Assembly: GCF_009914755.1 (NCBI RefSeq)
Contig: NC_060927.1
Strand: one strand, 5' to 3'
DNA length: 64,000 bases
Source: the human T2T-CHM13v2.0 reference genome, Homo sapiens
The notes below the pieces were generated by a model. The model was not told the DNA's origin, did no database searches, and worked only from the letters and a program-made list of their open reading frames with translations. Every line of letters begins with the position of its first letter. Positions within the stretch are counted from its first letter, which is position 1. Position numbers and translations under genes: made by a program. Shown in pieces: positions 30,212 through 46,441 of the stretch.

Positions 30212-31734
30212 ATAGAGGTCTCTGAAAATGTGCCACTTTTAGCAACAGGTGAATTTTTCCATTTGTGCCCTAACATTCATACGCAACAAAACATAGTAAT
30301 CTGAGTGACTGTACACTATAGTAGTAGTCTACTCAGTTTAAATTCCCAAGGATTTTCTTGTAACATATTCAAAATCTTCCAAAATGAAAACTATGAAAGT
30401 ATGCATGGAATGGGAAAGTAGATGCCATAACTTTGGCTTGTATATTTCATCCATTTTGATATGAAACATTTTCCATAACTTAGCTCTAGTTTAGAACTCT
30501 TCAGAAAACCCACACTGTCCTAGATAATGAAGGGCCACACATTTTTATAGTGGACCTCTATGCCCACACGAAGATGAAGAGCTGGAGAAAAAACATAAAC
30601 CACAGCCCTAAAATGGATGAACAAAGGGATAAGACTTAGAAATTAAACTAAATTTATGACTTCAAAACCCAAGAAGACTTCCAGTTAAGTGTGGTCAGCT
30701 TAACTACAAGTTTATCTCCCTTCTTAAACACCATTCACATTCTAGTACCTCAATATTAAATGACAATAGGCAATCAAGGATCACCAAGCACATGAAGAAA
30801 GCTCTGCTAAACTAGAAAGCAAAAGTAAACAAACAAAGGTGACACTCAAGGAAGCAGAGATAATAAAGGAAGTGGAAGAAAATCAAGAAAATCATTGATT
30901 TCTAGTCTCGGATGAATTAGAAGATACTGTGTGCTATTGAAGAGCAGGTTCAGTCAGATCTCCTCCTCTCTGGCTCTCTTTGTCATCTCTTTTTGACTTC
31001 TGGAAATGTAGATTCCTGTGTGGCTGTCTCTGATGGCATCATCAAGGTATCCAATGACATGAAGGTACACAAGTTGTTGACACCAGAGGAGTTGAAGAAG
31101 CTCAAGAAGGTGGTACTCTTCTGCCTGAGTGAGGACAAGAACTCATCCTCAAGGAGGGCAAGCAGATGTTCGTGGGTGATGTCAGCCAGACTGTCAGTGG
31201 CCTCTCCACCACCTCTGTCAAGATGCTGCCAGACAAAGACTGCCATAACGCCCTCTGTGACGCAAACTGTGAGACAAAGGAGAGCAAGGAGGAGGACCTG
31301 GTGTTCAGCTTCTGGGCCTGAGTCTGCACCCCTGAAGAGCAAAATGATCTATGCCAACTCCAAGGACACTATCAAGAAGAAGCTGACGGGGATCAAGCAT
31401 GAATTACAAGCAAACTGCTACGCGGAAGTCAAGAACGACCGCACCTTTGCAGAGAAGCTGGGAGGCAGTGCCATTATCTCCCTGGAGGGAAAGCCTTTGT
31501 GAGCCCCCTTCCTGGAACATCTGGAAGCCCCAGACCTGCCCACAGGGATTCCAGGCTGCCCTATTCCTAACAGACAGGAAGGGGCTGGAGAATCTCAGCA
31601 GTGGGAGAGCAATCCTTTCACCCCAGCTGCCAAACAGCTCCCCACCAAGCCCTGCCTTTTCCTCTCCCCTCCATCCCTGACAGTTCCGGCCTTCCCAAAT
31701 TACCTTTGATCTTCTGATTCTTCTTGGGTTGAAG

Positions 31735-32366
31735 TGTTAACAGAAAGGAGTCCCGATCCAGACCTCAAGAGAGCGTTCTTAGATCTCATGCAAGAAAGAA
31801 TTTAGGGCAAGTCCACAGAATAAAGTGAAAGCAAGTTTATTAGGAAGTGAAGAAACAAAAGAATGGCTACTCCATAGGCAGAGCAGTGCCATGGGCTGCT
31901 AGACTAAGGATACTTAGTTATTGCTTGATTATATGCTAAACAAGGGGCGGCTTATTCATGAGTTTTCTGGGAAAGAGGCAGGCAATTCCCAGAACTGAGG
32001 ATCCCTTCCCCTTTTAAACCATATAGTGTAGCTTCCTGATGTTGCCATGGCATTTGTAAATTATCAGGGTGCTGGTGGGAGCGTCTCTCAGCATGCTAAT
32101 ACATTATAATTTGCGTGTAATGAGCAGTGACGACAACCAGAGGTCATTTTCATGGCCATCTTGGTTTTGGTGGGTTTTGGCTGGCTTCTTTACCACAGCC
32201 TGTTCTATCAGCAAGGTCTTTGTGTCCTGTACCTTGTGCTGAGCTCCTATCTCATCCTGTGACTTAGAACGGCTAACCTCCTGGGAATGCAGCCCAGTAG
32301 CTCTCAGCCTTATTTTACCCAGGCCCTGTTTTATGATGGAGTCGATCTGGCTCAAACGCTCTGACA
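31735..32366 (-). mobile_element. MER41B-type ERV1 solo LTR
   Basis: TG...CA termini, 632 bp, colinear with MER41B; 4-bp TSD GAAG at 31731-31734 and 32367-32370. Confidence 0.93.
31965..31994. promoter_or_regulatory. Tandem GAS (STAT1-type) motifs in MER41B
   Basis: TTCTGGGAA 31965-31973 and TTCCCAGAA 31986-31994 both fit TTCN3GAA; function inferred only. Confidence 0.6.
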
Positions 32367-32704
32367 GAAGCAGACCAAATACCCCCCAGGCACTTCATTT
32401 TGTGGGGGTTTTTTTTTAATAACACCCCAACTCCTCATCTATTCCTTATCCTTCCTCTGCTGCCAACTTCTAACTGCAGTGCTTACTCATGCTTGTCTGT
32501 TGAGTTGTGTGTATAAATGGAATGTTGTGGTGATGAGCCCTCCCCATGCCACTGGTTCTTCTCCCTTTTTTCCTGGACATGGCCACTTGTGGAAGCAGGA
32601 CCAGTAGGGTACCTTCAGTTTGGGGGTTGTTGGGGGAAGCCAAAAACAAAGTGGGGGGCGGGGGGAAGAAAGAGCTTTTGGAAATAAAGATAAAATTACC
32701 AAAG

Positions 32705-33586
32705 TGAAACAACTTGTTAAATGCCAGTTTTCTTATGGACTCAGTTTTAGCTAAGTCCAAGACCAACAGATTCCAAATCACCTGTTGAGACCATGCAAGA
32801 GAAACGGAAGCTGACTGTACATCCCCTATCATCACCTACCTGAAGCATATATGAAAGAAGATAAGGAGATTTATTGAGGAAGGCTGGTCATGAGAATTTC
32901 TTAAAGAGAGTTACCAGTGTGTTCTTCCCTGCTTATCTCCCCCTTGGAAAGAAAGGGGATTGTCCCCTCTACCCCAGAAGTGAAGTGAGTTGACTTTTAG
33001 AGAAATACTCAAAGATATTGCTGTATATCTCCCTAAAATTCTGAGGGGCAGTGTGATTGGTATCCAACTGGACCTGCTAAAGTCAAAAGTGGGAGGGAGG
33101 CTGTCTAGAGTTGCCTCTAACAGTAGAACAAAGAGAAAGGGGTGCAGTGAGGGCTTGCTGCATCTCACTGATAGTTGGACAAAGGTTTATATTTCCTGAA
33201 GGTTGCATGTGGAAAGGAACAGAAATTGAGTCATCCTGAAAAGGACCTCTGGAAAGACAAGATGTCCCCAGTTGTTTATTAAGACAATTGTCTAATTTAG
33301 ACTATTTTTAATACTTGGAAATGGCCCAAGTTCCTTTCAAGGGTAGAGAAAAATTTAAAAATAATATGGTTGACAGGCTATGGTATTAAAAAGTAAATTA
33401 AATAACTTCTTTTCATGATTTACACCTTAAAAGTCCAACTGTTTTTCAGCAAAGTAGTTACCTTGGTGGTTTCATCATTCGTTAGCATCTCCCTAGTGGA
33501 TCTGTTGGCACCTTTTGTTGTCAATCCCTGGAATCTCTCCTGAAACACTGGTACAATGAGAAAACTCCCAATGAACATCCTTTTAT
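32705..33586. mobile_element. Unclassified LTR-like insertion
   Basis: About 880-bp block interrupting HAL1 colinearity, begins TGAAAC; no clear TSD; family not recognised. Confidence 0.3.
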
Positions 33587-33669
33587 AGAAATGAAAATAT
33601 TTAATAGGTAGGCTGGATGACAATATCAAGAAACACTCACAAAATGTAGGATAAAAAGACACAGGGATT

Positions 33670-33937
33670 TTTTTTTTAATTTTATTATTATTATACTTTA
33701 AGTTTTAGGGTACATGTGCACAAAGTGCAGGTTTGTTACATACGTATACATGTGCCATGTTGGTGTGCTGCACCCATTAACTCGTCATTTAACATTAGGT
33801 ATATCTCCTAATGCTATCCCTCCCCCCTCCTCCCACCCCACAACAGTCCCCGGTGTGTGATGTTCCCCTTCCTGTGTCCATGTGTTCTCATTGTTCAATT
33901 CCCACCTATAAGTGAGAACATGCGCTGTTTCATTTTT
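33670..33937 (-). mobile_element. L1PA4/5-like 3' end, severely 5'-truncated
   Basis: L1 3'UTR reverse complement; exact 13-bp TSD agacacagggatt at 33657-33669 and 33938-33950. Confidence 0.95.
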
Positions 33938-35075
33938 AGACACAGGGATTATAAAAGTAGGAGGGAGCAGGGAAGAGAGATTTAGATCAGCCCAGAACGT
34001 TTAACATTTGGCTGTTAAGAATTACAGGGAGAAATAAGAGAAAACGAATGGGAAGAAATTATTTTTTTTTAAAAAAAGGGAATTTCCTGAGAACTGAAGA
34101 ATACAAAATTTCAGACTAGAAGGGCAAGGTGTCTGGGTACAGTTATTGAAAAATTTTTTAAAAAGATTCACATCAAGCAGCACTACTACAATATTTCAAA
34201 ATAATAGATCCAAAAAAGGAGGGGGAACATTATAATCAAAGCAATTGGAATCAGAAAGACATCAGACTTTTTAATAGCTACATTAGAAGAGGGAAAAACA
34301 AAAAGGCAATATTTTTATAATTCTGAGAGAAAATGACTATCGACCTAGAATTCTATACCTGCCAAAACTTTTAAGTTTGAGCATGGAATAGAGACGTCTT
34401 TAGATATGTAAGGTCTCAGAATGTTTCTCTCCACTGTACTCTTTACTAATCTGATCTTGAGGTTTGGCTTTGACCAGATTAGGCAGTTAACTCTGAAACA
34501 GAAAGGATTCATGAAACTAAGTGACCAACATAAATCAGAAATGTAAAGCAATAATGAGATGATGAGAAACGGTAAAGTCTCACATGACAGCTGTATGATG
34601 GCTCTAGAAAGAAACAAGCTGAGATTGGATGCAAACAATGTAATTGGTATATTATCTGGTCTATTTGACTATAGGCAAGTAATACTAATAATGAGGTATA
34701 TGAAAGAAAATTAAGAGTAGGTGTATAAGCAAGTTTAAAAAGAGAAGCAACTATCGACTTGCAGAAAAATAAGCATTTGTGTGAGAAATAAAACAAAGTA
34801 CACTAGTTGGCTTTGCAGTAAAAAATACACAGTACTTATAAACACTATTTAACAAAAACCTTATCAAGAATTATAAATATTTCTAAAGAATTATTAGCAA
34901 TACAAATTTTCAAATGAAGTAAGCAGGAGGATGGTATAAGAGAGCTAATTCCTCTTGTCCCATAAAGAATATCAATATGCAGTATAAAATTGGTGTATTA
35001 AGGAATGGCAATACAAGATATTTGGCAACCTAGAGATCAGAATAAACGGATGAGCGATTTAAGTAGTTGCCTCTA

Positions 35076-35590
<515 letters not shown>

Positions 35591-35645
35591 TCAGGGAACT
35601 CCCTTTCCTAGCCAAGGGAAGCTGTGACAGATGGTACCTGGAAAA

Positions 35646-35828
35646 TTAGGACACTGCCACCCTAATACTGTGCTTTTCCAATGGTCTTAGCAAATGGCAC
35701 ACCAGGAGATTATGTCCCGTGCCTGGCTCGGAGGGTCCCACACCCACAGAGCCTCGCTCACTGCTAGCACAGCAGTCTGAGATCGAACTGCAAGGTGGCA
35801 GCGAGGCTAGGGGAGGGGCGTCCACCAT
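35646..35828 (-). other. L1 ORF0 homologue, 60 codons, premature stop
   Basis: MVDAPPLASLPPCSSISDCCAS...SVGVGPSEPG matches primate L1 ORF0; ATG in GCAATGG context. Confidence 0.8.
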
Positions 35829-36385
35829 TGCTGAGGCTTGAGTAGGTAAACAAAGCAGCCAGGAAGCTTGAACAGGGTGGAACCCACTGCAGCTCAAGGA
35901 GGCCTGCCTGCCTCTGTAAACTGCACCTCTCAGGGCAGGGCATAGATGAACAAAAGGCAGCAGAAACTTCTGCAGACTTAAACGTCCCTGTCTGACAGCT
36001 TTGAAGAGAGTAGTGGTTCTCCCAGCACGGAGTTTGAGATCTGAGAATGGACAGACTGCCTCCTCAAGTGGGTCCCTGACCCCCGAGTAGCCTAACGGGG
36101 AGGCACCACCCAGTAGGGGCTGACTGACACCTCATACGGCCGGGTGCCCCTCTGAGACGAAGCTTCCAGAGGAATGATAAGGCAGCAATATTTGCCGTTC
36201 TGCAGCCTCTGCTGGTGATACCCAGGCAAAAAGGGTCTGGAGTGGACCTCCAGCAAACTCCAACAGACCTGCAGCTGAGGGTCCTGACTTTTAGAAGGAA
36301 AACTAATAAACAGAAAGGACATCCACACCAAAACCCCACCTATATTCACCATCATCAAAGACCAAAGGTAGGTAAAACCACAAAG

Positions 36386-37409
36386 TTGGGGAGAAACCAG
36401 AGCAGAAAAGCTGAAAATTCTAAAAATCAGACTGCCTCTTCTCCTCCAAAGGAATGCAGCTGCTCGACAGCAATGGAACAAAGCTGGATGGAGAATGACT
36501 TTGATGAGTTGAGAGAAGAAGACTTCAGACGATCAGTAATAACAAACTCCTCCAAGCTAAAGGAGGATGTTGAAACCCATCGCAAAGAAGCTAAAAGCCT
36601 TGAAAAAAGATTAGACAAATGGCTAACTAGAATAACCAGTGTAGAGAAGTCCTTAAATGGCCTGATGGAGCTAAAAACCATGGCACGAGAACTACGTGAT
36701 GCATGCACAAGCTTCAGTAGCTGATTCAATCAAGTGGAAGAAAGGGTATCAGTGATTGAAGATCAAATGAATGAAATGAAGTGAGAAGAGAAGTTTAGAG
36801 AAAAATTAATAAAAAGAAATGAACAAATCCTCCAAGAAATATGGGACTATGTGAAAAGACCAAATCTACATCTGATTGGTGTACCTGAAAGTGACGGGGA
36901 CAATGGAACCAAGTTGGAAAACACTCTGCAGGATATTAATGAGAAGAACTTCCCCAACCCAGCAAGACAGGCCAACATTCCAATTCAGGAAATACAGAGA
37001 ACTCCACAAAGATACTCCCCAAGAAGAGCAACCCCAAGACACATAATTGTCAGATTCACAAAGTTGAAATGAAGGAAAAAATGTTAAGGGCAGCCAGAGA
37101 GAAAGGTCAGGTTACCCACAAAGGGAAGCCCATCAGACTAACAGCGGATCTCTCGGCAGACACTCTGCAAGCCAGAAGAGAGTGGGGGCCAATATTCAAC
37201 ATTCTTAAAGAAAAGAATTTTCAACCCAGAATTTCATATCCAGCCAAACTAAGCTTCATAAGTGAAGGAGAAATAAAATCCTTTACAGACAAGCAAATGC
37301 TGAGAGATTTTGTCACAACCAGGCCTGCCCTACAAGAGCTCCTGAAGGAAGCACTAAACATGGAAAGGAACAACCGGTACCAGCCACTAAAAAACATGCC
37401 AAATTGTAA
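36386..37409 (+). pseudogene. L1 ORF1 remnant
   Basis: Start ATG changed to TTG; in-frame TGA stops near 36722 and 36782; frameshifts; ORF1p peptides in track (MEQSWMENDFDELREE, ARREWGPIF, YPAKLSF). Confidence 0.93.
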
Positions 37410-37472
37410 AGACTATCAATTCTAGGAAGAAACTGCATCAACTAATGAGCAAAACAACCAGCTAACATCATA

Positions 37473-41311
<3,839 letters not shown>

Positions 41312-41849
41312 ATAATGAGAACACTTGGACACAGAATGGGGAACATCACACACTGGGGCCTGTTGTGGGGTGGAGGGAGGGGGGAAGGATAGCATTAGGA
41401 GATATACCTAATGTAAATGACAAGTTATTGGATGCAGCACACCAACATGGCACATGTATACATATGTAACAAACCTGCAGGTTGTGCACATGTACCCTAG
41501 AACTTAAAGTGTAATAAAAAAAGTAAAAAATAAATCCTTAATGTAAAAATAAATAAATAAATAAGTGGTTTCCTCTAAAAAGTGGAGCGGGAAGGAAAAA
41601 AATGAGAGTTCATGTGTGTTGGGAATTTTCTTAAATTGTTATCTTTCTTTTGGCACCGTTTTAATTATGTATGTATATTACTTTCACAAAGAAATTTAAA
41701 AGAAATATTCATCATGGCTTCATTCAATTCAAGCTAGCATTATGTGTTGGTCACCTTCTTTTTTCAGATCAGTGTGAGTTGTGGAGAATGTGAAGATAAG
41801 AAACAATTTGACTTTCTGTTGGGGTTACTTAGGGATGGGGAGAGACAGA

Positions 41850-42095
41850 GGTTAGAGGAGTCAAGAGCATGGGCTCTGGTGTTAGGCGGGGGTGTGAATT
41901 CCAGCCCCCACCCATGCTGGCTGGCTGACCCTGGGCAACTTCTCTCTGCCTCTGTTTCCTCAGCTATAATATGGGGATGGTAATAGCACAAGCATACTGT
42001 ATAGGTTTGGTGGGAGGCTTAAGTGAGTGAATGGATGTTCAGTGAGTGCTTTGGTGTGTGGCACATACCAAATGTTCAATAAGCAGCAGCTATCA
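41850..42095 (+). mobile_element. MIR
   Basis: aagagcatgggctctgg...ctgggcaacttctctctgcctctgtttcctc...tcaataa. Confidence 0.78.
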
Positions 42096-44284
42096 CTCTC
42101 TTTTAGGTAATGACACACACATCATGAAATTCTAAGCACAATGCTAGAAGGCCATCCTAAGTGCCTAGAAGGCAGAGCCAGTGGATTTTTAAAAATTAAT
42201 TCTTGGATAAAAATAATTGTCAGTTGCAGGGCACTGATTATGAACTGAAAAGCTTTGCAGAAGCAATCCACTGTGTGAGAGACCTCTGTGGCCCGGCATG
42301 TTGGCATGTATTTTATTGGCTTCTGTCTCCTGCCTTGTGCATATCAGGCCAGGTTTGGCACCTCATTACCTTCTCTTGGCTTCCCCAGTTCCATTGTGCA
42401 GTCACCTCTTAAATTTTCTGCCCTAGGGTAACTGCTAACAGCATTCACCCCATCTTCTGGCTGTCAACTGAAAGGCCACTGTGAGTTCACTTCCTGAGAG
42501 GGGCCTTGCTGGAGACCAAATAACCCAACCAAATTGCCAGAATTTCACATTTACTTTCTGCAAGAGTGGACAGGGAGACTCTGTTTCTGCCTCTGACAAC
42601 CTCATCTATTATGATCTCTGCTATATTCTCTTCTTGTACTGATATTTTGTCACCTATGTGGCCAGGGAACAGTCCACAGGAAAATACAGGAGAACATGTA
42701 AAGCATTTAAATGGGGAAATAATTTAGTAGTATAGCCATACATAAACTTTCAAAGTCTCATTAATAAACGTTCATTTATTTGAGTATTATCCATCCTCTA
42801 AAACACAGGTTTTTAAAACATATATAACAAGTGTTAGAGTTCTTTTAGAATTTTTCTAATAGGTTTTTTTCAGTTTTCACCAGAAGACACCCCCACTGGG
42901 GAGGGAAAAAAAAAAAAAACATTCAAAGCATGCTATGATCTTAAGAGGAAAAAAGGAAATAAAATTATGTATTCCATATGATCTTATCTATGTAAGAAGA
43001 GAAAAATAAAGACAACTGGAAGAATATAAACCAAAATGCTAAGAGAAGTCACTCTCCTAGAGTTCAGAGATTTAGTAGTTTTTCTTTCTTACACCTTTTC
43101 TTTTATAGATATAGTCTATTATGAGAATGACATACATGCTTTAAAAATAAGTAATAATAGCCTCAAGATAAATAACACAATTAAATTCCACAGATAACTT
43201 CAGTACTTACTATTTTCTAATATTTTAGGTGCTTTTAGAGTTCAAGGCACTTGTTAATAAAATGTATTTTATTCATTTAGTATTTGTTTAATGGCTTCTT
43301 ATTGTCATTATTCCTTAGTAGATTTTAAACCTCTTGTGGGCAAAAATCAAACGTTAGACTTCTCTGTAACACAACTTCCTGGCCCAATTCTTCTTTGAGG
43401 TTAAATGCTTATAAGTATTTCAGCTTTGGAGCGGGATAAGGAGGGATGTTCCTTCCTCTCTGCCCAACAACATATGGTACTTGAAACAAATTCTCAACAA
43501 TGACATTTGGACATTTATGGCCACCTCTCTCATTAGCTGGAATTCCACTGAACTAATCCTAGGTTTAGTGCCAATTACCTAAAGGTTAATGTGGCCAAGC
43601 AATACCGGGAGAATTGGGGTTTTTCCAAGAAATGGTCTGTATCACATTATGTTCAGGATGAGAGAGTGATTGACGCTGTAGAACGGCTTACTTGGGAGAC
43701 CCAGAGTGTCCTGCTGTGCTCCTCTCAGAACAGGGTCCTACTCTGAGGCTTAAGGGAGGAAAGATAAAGGACAAGGAAGTAAATGAAGCTGGGCAGAGTA
43801 TGTGGACGAGTTCAATAATTATTTATAAATCACCATGGATGCAGTGATGAACAAGTCGCTGCCCTCACAGAAATTACTTTCTAGTAGAGCTAAACTCCAT
43901 TAGATCTCAGCATCAGAATGGGATGCCCCTGAAAAGTGAGAGATTTGAGGCCATGTACTAAATTAGAAGAGGCAGGAACAAGAAATGTACATTTTGCTCA
44001 TCTATGGATATGTCAACCACTATTACCACCATCCTTTTTCTTACCAACCCCCACCCCCACAAAAAAGTTAGAATACATTCACTACAGAATAGCAAGGCAA
44101 AATATTCCATGGATCAACAATAATTTAAAAAGTATTGTATGTACAAACATGATTCTCCAATTCAGAATCCTAATCACAACCATTATAGTTAATTTAGGAA
44201 GCTCTTAGTAATTCAGAGAGAATCTACAGCATTTATTTGAAAAGTTCCCTCAATGTGTCAGAAGACCTCATCTTACAGGGCTTT

Positions 44285-44752
44285 ACCAATAGCTACATTT
44301 AGCCTCACTTTCTAGATTTGCACCCTCATTCATTCTACTCAGGACAGTCAACTTCTTAATGTGTCTGAAATGCATCGACATCATTCCCATCTCAAGGCTT
44401 TTGCTTTTATTGTTCTCTCTGCCTGAAATGTTCTTCCACCAAATCTTTACGTGGCTCTTCCCCTCATATTTTTCAATTAGTTCTTCAGACACCACCTCCT
44501 TACAAAGGCTTTCCATGATCACCCTCATTAAGATACCCTCAGCCACCTCTAACCCTTTACCCTGCTTTATTTTTTTTTGTGCAGCACTATTACCTGAAAT
44601 TATAAATACCTTTTTTGCCCTAGAATGTACATTCCAGGAGTATACGTTTCTTGTTTGCCCTCTTCCCTGTCTACATCCCCAGAGCCTTAGAAGAGTAGGT
44701 GATTTAGAGTGGATACTCAATAAATATTTGTTGGATTAATAAATTAATGAAT
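44285..44752 (+). mobile_element. L2a 3' end
   Basis: ctcaaggcttttgc...ctctgcctgaaatgttcttcc...ctcaataaatatttgttggattaat. Confidence 0.85.
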
Positions 44753-44928
44753 TTAGTTGAACTAAGTTTACCTAGACAGAATAATCAAAAGCGTAGGTCA
44801 ATTAGATCTAAAAACTGTAATTTATCTCTACAAACATTCAACACTATATCTTTCACTGAACCACAGGTTTCACAATAAAATCACCGTTATTGAGCATTGA
44901 AGCATGTGTATGCCCCCTCCAAACCCCC

Positions 44929-44930
<2 letters not shown>

Positions 44931-44974
<44 letters not shown>
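44931..44974 (+). repeat. (CA)22 microsatellite
   Basis: Uninterrupted CA run. Confidence 0.98.
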
Positions 44975-44977
<3 letters not shown>

Positions 44978-46040
44978 TTAAGCAAAGTACCAAGACATAA
45001 AAGTTTTCTGAAACTCATGAGCTACATTTTGGTCACTTAGACCATAAAAGCCCTAATTTCCTAATCCATTGCATTTCAGCCTCTTTTGCAGCAGGCATCC
45101 CATGGGAGAGCAAGAGATAGTATCTAGAGGCTGTATTTACAAAAGGGATGCTCTGCTCTGAAAGTCCTCTGGCTATTGTCACACCATTTGTTTTTCATGA
45201 TTGGAATGTGTGGCATTATTGAAGGGTGGGCTGTTGTCTAAATTGAATGGGTGAAGAGAAACAGAGAGACATTCTCTTTGCCACCTTTGTAGATAGGCGG
45301 CTGGAGAGTCTATGTACTGAATTACCCACTGTCAATTATTGATGGTTTGGCTGGAATCATTTACACTCTCTAGTTACTTTGACATCTAGCCAAAAGGCAG
45401 CTGCCAGCCTGCTAGGAACCTCCCTTTTAACCATAGGGAAGTTCAAAAGAAAAGATTCAGCAAACCAAACTCATCTGCACAAGCTTCTGTGGGTTTCTGG
45501 AAGACTCAGGTCATGTTGCTTCTTCATAAGAGTTTAAGTCATTTGTTCATTCACTTATCTATTTAATTTTATACAGGAAAGGCTGACATTCATCAGTTTG
45601 CACTAATACAACTCTAATGGTTATTAAAATACTGAAATATTTGTGTAGTCCTTGGTAAGTGGCCACTACCCTGAGCCTTTCCTCACCAGGGTCACCACAC
45701 CAGACCTTCCCAAAATCACCACTCAAAGGTTAGCACTTGGCACAGCAGGGGGCCTTCAAAATCGGGTCTCTGAGAGAACAGTTGAGATCCATTCTGAGTA
45801 GTAGTGCTCACTACTTTCCATATAATAAATATTTGATTATCACCTCACCTGAGACTGTAATAGCAATAAAACTTGCACTTGAAAGGTCTATGTTCTTTAC
45901 TTCATAATAAATTCAAGACTAGCTTAACAGAAATGGAAGTCACATAATCTGAAAATATTAAATTGTTTTGAAACACCCTTAAAGGAGAAGTCTCCCAGGA
46001 TCAAATTGTATTGCCTTGTCCTACTGAAACAAACCTCACT

Positions 46041-46441
46041 TGCTAAATGAAGTTTAGCCTAAAGCTGCCTCCTTCCATATTTTAAGTTTGGCCTGAAGGT
46101 TTCTCTGTACATCGTGAAGTATAACAACTGGAAGTGTAAATACTCTGTAGCCTCACTTGTGCCAGTCACTGAGTTTGGCCAGTCAAATGTAGCCAGCTGT
46201 TTGAACCATGTTCAAGTAGGGCAAACACTGAGCTGTAACCAATTCAACGCTTTCTGTACCTCACTTCTGTTTTCGGAACGTCACTTTCCTTTTTCTGTCC
46301 ATAAATCTTCCACCACGTGGCTGCGCGGGAGTCTCTGAGTCTACTCTGACTCAGGAGGCTGCTGGAATCGCAAATCGTTTGTTTCTCAATTAAATTCCAT
46401 TAAATTTAATTCAGCTGAAGTTTTTTTTTTTTTTTTAATCA
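46041..46441 (+). mobile_element. MER57-type ERV1 solo LTR
   Basis: aagtttagcctaaagctgcctcctt...; TG...CA ends; 4-bp TSD CACT at 46037-46040 and 46442-46445. Confidence 0.9.

Larger units (their letters stand above)
30955..32620 (+). pseudogene. Processed cofilin-1 (CFL1) pseudogene; CDS remnant 31008-31502; 3'UTR split by MER41B
   Basis: Intronless; translation matches CFL1 (VAVSDGIIKV...VLFCLSEDK; PESAPLKSKMIYA...IKHELQANCY...ISLEGKPL*); ATG changed to GTA; -4 and -2 indels; CFL1-like 3'UTR continues on both sides of the LTR. Confidence 0.96.
30700..35075 (+). mobile_element. HAL1/old L1 ORF1-like element fragmented by later insertions
   Basis: Colinear pieces at 30700-30945, 32665-32704, 33587-33656 and 33951-34450 (ggaatcagaaagacatcagactt...cctagaattctatacc), with a tail resuming after 41560. 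Confidence 0.55.

Noticed and set aside
30993-31502. Functional cofilin CDS
   Set aside because: Track ORF starts at TTG; native ATG lost; middle third out of frame; called a pseudogene
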